DNA of 40,723 bases, taken from contig JAZTXY010000138.1 of assembly GCA_045636665.1 (NCBI GenBank), positions 1 to 40,723 of the forward strand, in the 5' to 3' direction. Numbering within the stretch: the stretch's first letter is position 1; the number at the start of each line of letters is the position of its first letter. Shown in pieces: positions 21,641-29,947 of the stretch. Source of the stretch: Eubacteriales bacterium. Its GTDB lineage: Bacteria > Bacillota > Clostridia > Oscillospirales > CAG-382. The translations under genes and the position numbers were made by a program. The notes beneath the pieces are model-generated. The model saw only the letters and a program-made list of their open reading frames with translations. It was not told the origin of the DNA and made no database searches.

Positions 21641-22690
21641 CTCCTTGCCCTGTTCGGAGGAGTCATACATAGCCTGCATCATAGTTGCGGTGATGATTGC
21701 CTTGTCGATGTGAGAAGGAAGCTTTTCGCCGGTCTTGATGCAACGGATGAAGGAATCGATTTCGTTCTGGAACATTGCGTTCGCCTTGAACTTGGGCTTG
21801 AATTCGATAAGAGTATCGCAGGAGGTGGTATACATGGTGAAGTCGCCGCCGTAGGTAAGACGGATACCTGCCTTGGTACCGATAAAGTCGATAAAGGTTT
21901 CTTGGATACCGATGTTTTGTGCCCAAGCGCCGTTGAAGGTAATGGTGGGACCTTCGGTACGAACGAAGCCGGTAACGAAGTCGTCAACGTCGTAAACGCC
22001 GTTGAGGTCCTTGGTATCTTCAGACCACATGCCGTTGTAAACGTAGTTAGGCATATCTACGCCGAGCTTGGAGAAAGCTTTTGCGGAAACGGTGAGAGGC
22101 TTGGGGTCATCGGTACAGTACATAACGATGTCGAGGTAGTGAACGCCCCAGTCGATAAGAACGCCGCCGCCTGCAATGGATTTATCGGTGAATGCACCGC
22201 CGAGGCCGGGGATGGAGCGATGAGCGCGGAAGCTTACGTAAACGTGGTAAACTTCGCCAAGCTCGCCTGCTTGAATAAGCTCGCGAACCTTATTAACTGC
22301 TGCATTGAAGCGGTTAACAACGCCGATATTGAGAACCTTGCCGGTTACGTGCTGTGCTTTTTGCATTTCAAGAGCTTCGGGAAGAGTTCTTGCAGAAGGC
22401 TTTTCGCAAAGAACGTTCTTGCCTGCTTTGAGGAAGTCGATGGTAATGGTGCTGTGCATTTTGTTGGGGGTACAAACCGAAACTGCTTCGATTTCGGGGT
22501 CGTTAAGGATATCGTGATAATCCTCAACAGCAGTACCGCAACCGTACTTTTCAACAGCTGCTTCTGCTTTAGACTTGATAACGTCGCAGAAATACTTAAT
22601 TTCTACTTCTTCGTTTGCCATATACGCGGGGATGTGCGCGCTGTTGGCGATGGTACCGCAACCGATAATTGCGATCTTCATTTTAGACAT
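21626..22690 (-). CDS. Gfo/Idh/MocA family oxidoreductase
   Basis: IIGCGTIA Rossmann motif, VCTPNKMH, LCEKP, GGGVLIDWGVH. Confidence 0.92.
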   Translation of the reverse strand: MSKMKIAIIGCGTIANSAHIPAYMANEEVEIKYFCDVIKSKAEAAVEKYGCGTAVEDYHDILNDPEIEAVSVCTPNKMHSTITIDFLKAGKNVLCEKPSARTLPEALEMQKAQHVTGKVLNIGVVNRFNAAVNKVRELIQAGELGEVYHVYVSFRAHRSIPGLGGAFTDKSIAGGGVLIDWGVHYLDIVMYCTDDPKPLTVSAKAFSKLGVDMPNYVYNGMWSEDTKDLNGVYDVDDFVTGFVRTEGPTITFNGAWAQNIGIQETFIDFIGTKAGIRLTYGGDFTMYTTSCDTLIEFKPKFKANAMFQNEIDSFIRCIKTGEKLPSHIDKAIITATMMQAMYDSSEQGKEIVLA

Positions 22691-22812
22691 AATACTTTCC
22701 TCCGAAATTTATGTTTTAAAGGATATTGGCATATCACCAAATAGTTACTCTTATATTACCATAAAGAATTCTCTTTTTCAATAGATTTTTCCAACAAAAC
22801 TCAAAAAAACAC

Positions 22813-22841
22813 TTGACACAACCGCACTTTATGTTTATACT
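22813..22841 (+). promoter_or_regulatory. Sigma-A promoter of the T-box-type leader
   Basis: TTGACA 22813-22818, N17, TATACT 22836-22841. Confidence 0.8.
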
Positions 22842-22852
22842 AATGTAACAAA

Positions 22853-23090
22853 AGCTATGAAGGGGACAAAGCGTCCGATTTTTCACTTTTCAGAGAGCCG
22901 TCGTTTGGTGCGAGACGGTAGGTGTTGCGGATTGTGAACTCACCCCGGAGCTGCCGTTCCGAGGATTTTTTTCGTTAGGTTCGGTCGGGTTTCTCGCCGT
23001 TATCAGGAGAGCGCGCTGTTTGGCGTTGCGATGATAATATTGATTTACCCATGCTCGGTCTATGCTTTTTGCTTTGACCGAGTTTTTTTA
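22853..23090 (+). promoter_or_regulatory. T-box-type leader, Leu (CUC) specifier, antiterminator motif not recognisable
   Basis: Stem I GA motif (GCTATGAAGGGG...CCCCGGAGC), CAGAGAG and GGTGCGA motifs, GAA-CTC-A specifier loop (22939-22941), CCGTTA stem IIA/B motif, terminator-like CTCGGTC/GACCGAG+T7; no TGGNACC. Confidence 0.75.
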
Positions 23091-23120
23091 TTCTTTATTA
23101 TCCCATAAGGAGCAAACACA

Positions 23121-25655
23121 ATGAAATTATCCTTCTCAACACTTGCCTGCCCCGAATACAGCTTTTCGGATATGTACGCTATGGCGAAGGACCTTGGATT
23201 TGACGGTATCGAGGTGCGCGGCCTTGGCAACGATATATTTGACAACAAGCACAATATGCCCTTTTCAAGCGCAAACATCGCCGAAACGGCAAAAATGCTT
23301 AAATCTGTCGGATTGGAAATTTCGATTCTTTCGTCCGACTGCTGCTTGAGATACAAGGAGCTTGCCGACGAAAACAAAAAAATCGTTTCGGAATATATTC
23401 AAGCGGCAAAGGCATTGGGCACGAAATACGTGCGCGTGCTCGGTGACGACGGCCCCGCCCCCACCGACGGCGGCAACGATGAAGAGGTTATACGTCAGCT
23501 TTTGGACCTCACCCCCGTTGCGGAAGAAGCGGGTGTTACGCTTCTTATCGAAACGAACGGTGTTTACAGCGATACCGCGCGTCTTAAATCTCTGCTCGAT
23601 AATATCCACAGCGACAACGTAGCCGTACTTTGGGATATTCACCACCCCTACCGCTTTATGCACGAATCGCCCGAGCAAACCGTTCAGAATTTGGGTATGT
23701 ATATCGCGCACGTTCATATTAAGGACAGCATCGAAGAAGACGGCGAAATCCTTTACAAGCTTATGGGCGAAGGCGATATGCCGATAGAGGATATGATAAA
23801 CGCTTTGCGCTCGATCAATTTCGAGGGTTATCTTTCGCTTGAATGGGTTAAGCGCTGGGCTCCTTATTTGCAGGATGCGGGTATTATCTTCCCCAACTAT
23901 ATCAACTATATGAGCGCATTTACGGGAAGAAGAAGCGGAAGCGATACGCTTATCGACGACCTTCGCGGAAACGGCAAGTATATTTGGCAAAAGAATATGC
24001 TTATCGACCTCACCTTCCCCCAAGTGCTCGACCGTGTTTGCGAAGCATTCCCCGACCAATATGCATTCCGTTTCACCGAATGCGATTACACCCGTACCTA
24101 TCCCCAATTCCGCGATGACGTTGACAGATTCGCACGCGCGTTGATATCGCTCGGCGTTAAACGCGGCGACCACGTTGCGGTTTGGTCGACAAACCTGCCG
24201 CAGTGGTATATTGCTTTCTGGGCAACCACAAAAATCGGCGCGGTTTTGGTTACCGCAAACACCGCTTATAAAATTTACGAAATCGAATATCTGCTCCGTC
24301 AGTCCGACACTCACACGCTTATTATGTGCGACGGATATAAGGACAGCGATTACAACGCTATTATTCACGAGCTTTGTCCCGAATTGAACGAGCATCAAGC
24401 GGGCAAGCCGCTTTACACAAAGCGTCTTCCCTTCCTTCGCAACGTAATTACGCTGCAAAGCGAACAAAAGGGCTGTCTTACTTGGGATGCCGCGCTTGAA
24501 TATGCCGAAAACACCCCGATTGAAGAGGTTTACCGCCGCGCATCGCTTATAAGCAAGCACGACGTTTGCAATATGCAATACACCTCGGGCACAACGGGAT
24601 TCCCCAAGGGCGTTATGCTCACCCACTACAACGTTGTTAACAACGGCAAAAACATCGGCGACGGTATGGACCTTTCGTCCGCAGACCGTATGATGATTCA
24701 AGTGCCGATGTTCCACTGCTTCGGTATGGTGCTTGCGATGACCGCATCGGTCACCCACGGCGTAACGATGTCGCCGCTTTCCTATTTTTCACCGAAGCGC
24801 GCGCTTGATTGCATCAACAAGGAAAAAATCACCTGCTTCCACGGTGTGCCGACAATGTTTATTGCGTTGCTCGAAAACGAAAAGTTCAAGGACACCGATT
24901 TTTCACATATGCGTACGGGCATTATGGCAGGCTCGCCTTGTCCCGTTAAGGTAATGCAGGACGTTGTCGAAAAGATGAATATGTCCGAAATCACCATCGT
25001 TTACGGTCAGACCGAGGCTTCGCCCGGATGTACTATGAGTCTTACCACCGACAGTCTTGAGGCGCGTGTTAACACGGTTGGCGGCGCGATGTTCGGCGTT
25101 GAATGCAAAATCGTCGACCCCGAAACGGGCGAAGAGCTTCCCAACAACGTCGACGGCGAATTTGTCGCACGCGGATATAACATAATGAAGGGTTATTATA
25201 AAATGCCCCAAGCGACCGCGCTTGCTATCGACGAAAACGGCTGGCTTCACACGGGCGACCTTGCAAGAAAGACCGACGAGGGTTATTTCAAGATAACCGG
25301 CAGAATAAAGGATATGATCATCCGCGGCGGCGAAAACATTTACCCCAAGGAAATCGAGGACTTTATTTACACCCACGAAAAGGTAAAGGACGTTCAGGTC
25401 ATCGGCGTTCCCGACGTTCAGTACGGCGAGGAAATTATGGCTTGGATAGTACCCAAGGAGGGCGAAACCATTACCGAGGACGAAATTAAAACCTACGTCA
25501 AGGAGCATATGGCGAAGCACAAAACACCCAAATACGTTAAGTTTGTAAGCGAGTTCCCGATGAACGCGGCAGGCAAGATACTTAAGTACAAGATGCGCGA
25601 AATGTCGGTCGAGGAGCTTAACCTTAAAAAGGCGGCTTCGATTGAAACGGCGTAA
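23121..25655 (+). CDS. Fusion of xylose-isomerase-like TIM barrel and AMP-forming acyl-CoA synthetase
   Basis: N-terminal ~265 aa with GFDGIEVR, LIET, WDIHH, HVHIKD, LSLEW; C-terminal QYTSGTTGFPKG, YGQTE, GWLHTGDL, IIRGGENIYP. Confidence 0.9.
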   Translation: MKLSFSTLACPEYSFSDMYAMAKDLGFDGIEVRGLGNDIFDNKHNMPFSSANIAETAKMLKSVGLEISILSSDCCLRYKELADENKKIVSEYIQAAKALGTKYVRVLGDDGPAPTDGGNDEEVIRQLLDLTPVAEEAGVTLLIETNGVYSDTARLKSLLDNIHSDNVAVLWDIHHPYRFMHESPEQTVQNLGMYIAHVHIKDSIEEDGEILYKLMGEGDMPIEDMINALRSINFEGYLSLEWVKRWAPYLQDAGIIFPNYINYMSAFTGRRSGSDTLIDDLRGNGKYIWQKNMLIDLTFPQVLDRVCEAFPDQYAFRFTECDYTRTYPQFRDDVDRFARALISLGVKRGDHVAVWSTNLPQWYIAFWATTKIGAVLVTANTAYKIYEIEYLLRQSDTHTLIMCDGYKDSDYNAIIHELCPELNEHQAGKPLYTKRLPFLRNVITLQSEQKGCLTWDAALEYAENTPIEEVYRRASLISKHDVCNMQYTSGTTGFPKGVMLTHYNVVNNGKNIGDGMDLSSADRMMIQVPMFHCFGMVLAMTASVTHGVTMSPLSYFSPKRALDCINKEKITCFHGVPTMFIALLENEKFKDTDFSHMRTGIMAGSPCPVKVMQDVVEKMNMSEITIVYGQTEASPGCTMSLTTDSLEARVNTVGGAMFGVECKIVDPETGEELPNNVDGEFVARGYNIMKGYYKMPQATALAIDENGWLHTGDLARKTDEGYFKITGRIKDMIIRGGENIYPKEIEDFIYTHEKVKDVQVIGVPDVQYGEEIMAWIVPKEGETITEDEIKTYVKEHMAKHKTPKYVKFVSEFPMNAAGKILKYKMREMSVEELNLKKAASIETA

Positions 25656-25682
25656 GTTAATTTAAGGATATAAAAGGATAGT

Positions 25683-25736
25683 GCGAGAAAAAACTTTTAA
25701 AAAAGTCTTTTCTCGCGCTCTTTTTCAAAAGCTTTT
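25683..25736 (+). repeat. Hairpin + AAAAGCTTTT intergenic repeat, copy 2
   Basis: GCGAGAAAAAACTTTT..AAAAGTCTTTTCTCGC-GCTCTTTTTC-AAAAGCTTTT, same architecture as the 29228 and 29880 copies. Confidence 0.6.
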
Positions 25737-25836
25737 AATAAATTTGTTCAATAATAGCAATAGCTTAAAATCTTGACACAAATTAAGGTTTGTGTTAATC
25801 TAAACAGGTAAGAACTGTATTTACAGGAGTAATTTT

Positions 25837-26916
25837 ATGAACGGAAGAAAGATTTTTGACGACATAACAAAGGCGGGCTTTGACTGCGCGTTGTTTCTTG
25901 ACGAAAACAGTCAATACTATTTAAGCGATTTTTACACCACCGACGGCGCGGTTATCGTTGCTAAGGACGAAACGGCGTTATTGACCGATTCGCGCTATAT
26001 CGAAGCGGCGGAAAACGACAAAAAGGCGGGCAAGCTATCACCCGACGTCAGCCCTTACCTTTTCAAAAAGGGACTTTATCCCGATATTGCCGATTATTTT
26101 GCGAATATAAACGCAAAAAAGGTTGCGCTTGACCCTGCACTCGTTACGATAAAGCAGCTTCAGACGCTTAACAAGCTTTGCGAGGGGGTTGAATTCGGTT
26201 ATATTTCCGACGTTTGCCTTAAGCACAGACAGGTAAAGACTGCCGAAGAGGTTGAAAAGATTCGCCGCGCGCAGAGCATTACCGACAAGGCTTTTTCGCA
26301 CATTTTGGGCTTCATCAACGGTGACAGAACCGAGCTTGAAGTTGCCGCAGAGCTTGAATATTTTATGCGCTCGAACGGTGCGAACGGATTGGCGTTTGAC
26401 ACCATTGCCGTTTCGGGCAAAAATTCCTCGCTTCCCCACGGTGTGCCGACCGATGCGAAGCTGACACAAAATTCCTTTTTCACAATGGACTACGGCGCGA
26501 AATTTGCAGGTTATTGCTCGGATATGACGAGAACCGTCGTTTTGGGCAAGGCAGACGACGAAATGAAGCGTATTTACAACACCGTTCTTACCGCGCAATC
26601 CGAGGCGATGAAATATATTCGCGCAGGCGTTACCGGCAAGGAAGCCGACAAGGTCGCGCGCGACGTTATTACCGATGCGGGCTACGGAGCATATTTCGGT
26701 CACTCCTTGGGACATTCGTTGGGACTTGAAATTCACGAGCTTCCCTCGGTATCGCCCAAGAGCGAGGCTGTTTTGGTTGAAGGCAACATTGTAACCGTTG
26801 AGCCGGGCATTTACATCCCCGGAAAATACGGTGTGAGAATCGAAAATATGGTGCTTGTTACCGAAAACGGTTGCATTAACCTTACAAACAGTGAAAGACA
26901 GTTGATTGAACTTTAA
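25837..26916 (+). CDS. Xaa-Pro aminopeptidase (M24 family)
   Basis: TDSRY, SLPHG, YCSDMTRT, HSLGHSLGLEIHE, TVEPGIY, GVRIE; typical position before efp. Confidence 0.93.
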   Translation: MNGRKIFDDITKAGFDCALFLDENSQYYLSDFYTTDGAVIVAKDETALLTDSRYIEAAENDKKAGKLSPDVSPYLFKKGLYPDIADYFANINAKKVALDPALVTIKQLQTLNKLCEGVEFGYISDVCLKHRQVKTAEEVEKIRRAQSITDKAFSHILGFINGDRTELEVAAELEYFMRSNGANGLAFDTIAVSGKNSSLPHGVPTDAKLTQNSFFTMDYGAKFAGYCSDMTRTVVLGKADDEMKRIYNTVLTAQSEAMKYIRAGVTGKEADKVARDVITDAGYGAYFGHSLGHSLGLEIHELPSVSPKSEAVLVEGNIVTVEPGIYIPGKYGVRIENMVLVTENGCINLTNSERQLIEL

Positions 26917-27008
26917 AATAGGGCTTGACAAAAAGCGTTCTATAATATAAAATAAATTAGATATAATATTTTGTCTTAAAAATAGGACATAAATCAGGAG
27001 GATACATT

Positions 27009-27566
27009 ATGATTTCGGCAGGCGATTTCAAAAACGGTCTGACCTTTGAAATGGATGGCCAGCTTATGCAGGTTATCGAATTCCAGCACGTAAAACCCGG
27101 TAAAGGCGCGGCTTTCGTTAGAACCAAGATGAGAAACATCATCTCCGGCGCAGTTATCGAAACTTCTTTTAACCCCACCGCAAAATTCCCCTCCGCTCTC
27201 GTTGAGAGAAGAGATATGGAATACAGCTACACCGATGGCGATCTTTATTACTTTATGGATCCCGTTACCTACGATCAAGAACCCCTTAACGCTGAACAGC
27301 TTCCCGATAGCTTTAAGTTCGTTAAAGAAGGTATGACCTGCAGACTTATGTCTTACAAGGGCAAGGTCTTCTCGGTTGAACCTCCCATTTTCGTTGAGCT
27401 TGAAGTTACCGCTACCGAACCCGGCGTTCGCGGCAACACCGCTACCAACGTTACCAAGCCCGCTACCGTTGAAACCGGTGCTGAGGTTAAGGTTCCGATA
27501 TTCATCAACGAAGGCGACGTTATCAAGATTGATACCAGAACCTGCGAATATCTTGAAAGAGTATAA
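27009..27566 (+). CDS. efp: Translation elongation factor P
   Basis: [32 protein letters not shown]; promoter TTGACA(26925)-N17-TAAAAT(26948). Confidence 0.98.
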   Translation: MISAGDFKNGLTFEMDGQLMQVIEFQHVKPGKGAAFVRTKMRNIISGAVIETSFNPTAKFPSALVERRDMEYSYTDGDLYYFMDPVTYDQEPLNAEQLPDSFKFVKEGMTCRLMSYKGKVFSVEPPIFVELEVTATEPGVRGNTATNVTKPATVETGAEVKVPIFINEGDVIKIDTRTCEYLERV

Positions 27567-27578
27567 TCGCTCCGCTCT

Positions 27579-27613
27579 CCCCAAAAAACACACGGTTTTT
27601 TGAGGACCCCATG
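27579..27613 (+). repeat. CCCCAAAAA...GGACCCCATG intergenic repeat, copy 3
   Basis: CCCCAAAAAACACACGGTTTTTTGAGGACCCCATG just after the efp stop. Confidence 0.55.
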
Positions 27614-27832
27614 CCCGCGTGGCACTCTGAGGTATAAAAATCCACGCACATGTCGCGGATTTTTATAAGTATTTTAATTGTATATTTGGTTAATACTAAT
27701 TTGTAAACAACCGTGCATGTAGTATGGTAGATTTATACCGTTACGACCTGCAAGAACAAAACATCCACGCGGAGAGAACGAATCAACTACATTCAACCTC
27801 TACCGTGTGAACCAAAAAAAGGAGCTAATAAT

Positions 27833-28330
27833 ATGAACGTATCTGAAAAGGCTGCATATATCAAGGGTCTTATGGAAGGTATGGAAATCGATACCTCTAA
27901 GGGCGAAGGCAAGCTTTTGGCAGTTATGGCTGATTTGCTTGAAGATCTCGCGCTTTCCGTTCAGGATCTTGAAGATGAAAACGCTACTCTTCGCGAATAT
28001 ATCGAAGAAATCGATGAAGATCTCGGCGCTGTAGAAGAAGATTTCTATTGCTGCGACGATGACGATTGCGATTGCGACTGTGATTGCGACTGCGACTGCG
28101 ATGACGAAGATTATTGCGATTGCGATGATTGCGATGACGATTGCGATTGCTGCGACTGTTGCGAATGCTTGGAGCTTGAATGCCCCGCTTGCGGCGAACC
28201 CGTTTATATCGACGAATGCGATATCGAAGACATCGATGAGCTTGAATGCCCTTCCTGCGGCAAGGTTCTTACCATCGTTGAAACCGACGCTGAAGACGAA
28301 TGCGAATGCGGTTGCTGCGACGCTGAATAA
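27833..28330 (+). CDS. CD1247-like protein with Cys/Asp-rich tract and zinc ribbon
   Basis: EKAAYIKGLMEG...IDEDLGAVEEDFY N-terminal coiled coil, CPAC and CPSC motifs; position after efp. Confidence 0.82.
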   Translation: MNVSEKAAYIKGLMEGMEIDTSKGEGKLLAVMADLLEDLALSVQDLEDENATLREYIEEIDEDLGAVEEDFYCCDDDDCDCDCDCDCDCDDEDYCDCDDCDDDCDCCDCCECLELECPACGEPVYIDECDIEDIDELECPSCGKVLTIVETDAEDECECGCCDAE

Positions 28331-28390
28331 GCAAACTATTTTAAAAAAGAACGCGGTAGGGTTTCCTGCCGCTTTCATTTTAGGTGAACT

Positions 28391-29200
28391 ATGAGCATTT
28401 CACGAGAAATTATTGACGTACACACACATATTTGGCCCGACAAGATTGCTTTGCGCGCGGCGGACAATATCGTCAACTACTATTCGCTTCCCCGTCAAGG
28501 CGACGGCTCGATCGAGGGTATTTTCAAGGGCGCAGAAGGGCTTGACAACGTCAGATTCGTTATTTCCTCCGCAACCTTAAAGCCCGACGTTGCACACGCG
28601 CAGGTCGGCAACGATTTCCTTATCAACACTGCCAATGCGGACAAGCGTTTTATCCCCCTCGCATCCTTCCATCCCTTTATGGGCTTTGACGAGGCGGTCG
28701 GCGAGCTTGAGCGTTGCAAGGCGCTCGGCGCAAGGGGTATCAAGATACATTCCGACTTTCAGCGCTTTAATATCGATGATGAACGCGCCATGGCTATTTA
28801 CAAAGAATGCGCGCGGCTTAACTTCCCCATTCTTTTCCACGTTGGCGACAAGAATACCGAATTTTCGACTCCGAAAAAGGTTTTGGGCATTTTGGAAAAG
28901 CTTCCCGAATTGACTGTCATCGCGGCGCATATGTGCGGCTACAGCGTTTGGGACGAGGCAGAGGAATATCTTATCGGCACGCCCGTTTATACCGACACGA
29001 GCGAAGCGCTTATCGGTATGGACGGCAAAGGTCTTTACCGCCTTATCGAAAAGCACGGTGTTGAAAAAGTGCTTTTCGGTTCGGATTATCCGCTTTGGAA
29101 CACTCGATTTGCCTTTGACCAAATTGAATCGATCGGCTTGTCCGAGTCCGAAAAGGACGCGATTTACTCGGGCAACGCAAAGAGAGTTTTCGGTGTTTGA
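28391..29200 (+). CDS. Amidohydrolase family protein (Amidohydro_2-like)
   Basis: IDVHTH, GIKIH, LFHVG, IAAHM, VLFGSDYP. Confidence 0.9.
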   Translation: MSISREIIDVHTHIWPDKIALRAADNIVNYYSLPRQGDGSIEGIFKGAEGLDNVRFVISSATLKPDVAHAQVGNDFLINTANADKRFIPLASFHPFMGFDEAVGELERCKALGARGIKIHSDFQRFNIDDERAMAIYKECARLNFPILFHVGDKNTEFSTPKKVLGILEKLPELTVIAAHMCGYSVWDEAEEYLIGTPVYTDTSEALIGMDGKGLYRLIEKHGVEKVLFGSDYPLWNTRFAFDQIESIGLSESEKDAIYSGNAKRVFGV

Positions 29201-29227
29201 TAGGTTTTGTTTAAGTATAGATTATAA

Positions 29228-29285
29228 CGAGAGAGGAGCTTTTTGCAAAAAGCCCCTCTCTCGTGCTCTCTCCCCAAAAACTTTC
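29228..29285 (+). repeat. Hairpin + AAAAACTTTC intergenic repeat, copy 3
   Basis: CGAGAGAGGAGCTTTTT-GC-AAAAAGCCCCTCTCTCG-TGCTCTCTCCCC-AAAAACTTTC. Confidence 0.7.
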
Positions 29286-29397
29286 GATATAATATTATTT
29301 ATAATACTTTAAAAACAGAATCAACTAATAGTAATATATCAAGGGGTTGACTTCGCAAAGTGTTTCATCTATAATAAAATCGAAAGAGGTGAATAAA

Positions 29398-29841
29398 ATG
29401 CTCGTTCAGACCTTTACAAAAGAAAATTTCTTCGATATGGACGCAATGCACGATTGCTATATTACTCAATTTTCGTTCGAAGATAAAACGCTTGTTATTA
29501 CCTACGATAACCTTGATGAAGGACTCGTTGATCTCAACGGTAAACCGATATACAAGCATAAAAGGGTCGTTATCAGATACGAATTCGAATCGTATTGCGA
29601 CGTAGTTTGGCGCGGCAAAAAGAAATACGGCGTTGTTGATTTTTTTGAGAATCCCGAAGACTTTCATAAAAAATTCAAAAACCACACCTTCCGCAGCTAC
29701 AAATATTCGATAGATTGTTTTAATGAACTGTCGCTTTATATAGACTTATACAAGCTAAAAAAGGACAAGGTGCAAAGTTCTAAGTTCTTTGAATTAAAAA
29801 TTATGCTTGATGCAAAAAAGATAACCTATACTTGGGAATAA
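29398..29841 (+). CDS. Hypothetical protein, AT-rich orphan
   Basis: Own promoter TTGACT(29347)-N17-TATAAT(29370), GAGGTG RBS, ATG 29398, terminator at 29847-29874. Confidence 0.75.
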   Translation: MLVQTFTKENFFDMDAMHDCYITQFSFEDKTLVITYDNLDEGLVDLNGKPIYKHKRVVIRYEFESYCDVVWRGKKKYGVVDFFENPEDFHKKFKNHTFRSYKYSIDCFNELSLYIDLYKLKKDKVQSSKFFELKIMLDAKKITYTWE

Positions 29842-29846
29842 ATATT

Positions 29847-29874
29847 AAAAAGGCACTCGCTTGAGTGCCTTTTT
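29847..29874. terminator. Bidirectional intrinsic terminator
   Basis: AAAAAGGCACTC-GCTT-GAGTGCCTTTTT. Confidence 0.8.
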
Positions 29875-29879
29875 GTTTT

Positions 29880-29939
29880 GAAAGTTTTTAAAGAAAGAGC
29901 GCGAGAGAGGAACTTTTTTCCAAAAAGTTCTTCTCTCGC
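29880..29939 (-). repeat. Hairpin + AAAAACTTTC intergenic repeat, copy 4 (inverted)
   Basis: Minus strand GCGAGAGAAGAACTTTTT..AAAAAGTTCCTCTCTCGC-GCTCTTTCTTT-AAAAACTTTC. Confidence 0.7.
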
Positions 29940-29947
29940 AAAACATC

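Noticed and set aside
23265..24758. 497-aa antisense ORF and similar long shadows (13192-14160, 14694-15800, 20073-21371, 21539-22744, 38184-39314)
   Set aside because: They lie opposite well-supported genes, show no recognisable motifs, and are explained by codon bias.
27700..27815. 6S RNA
   Set aside because: Too short and lacks the long closing stem with a central bubble
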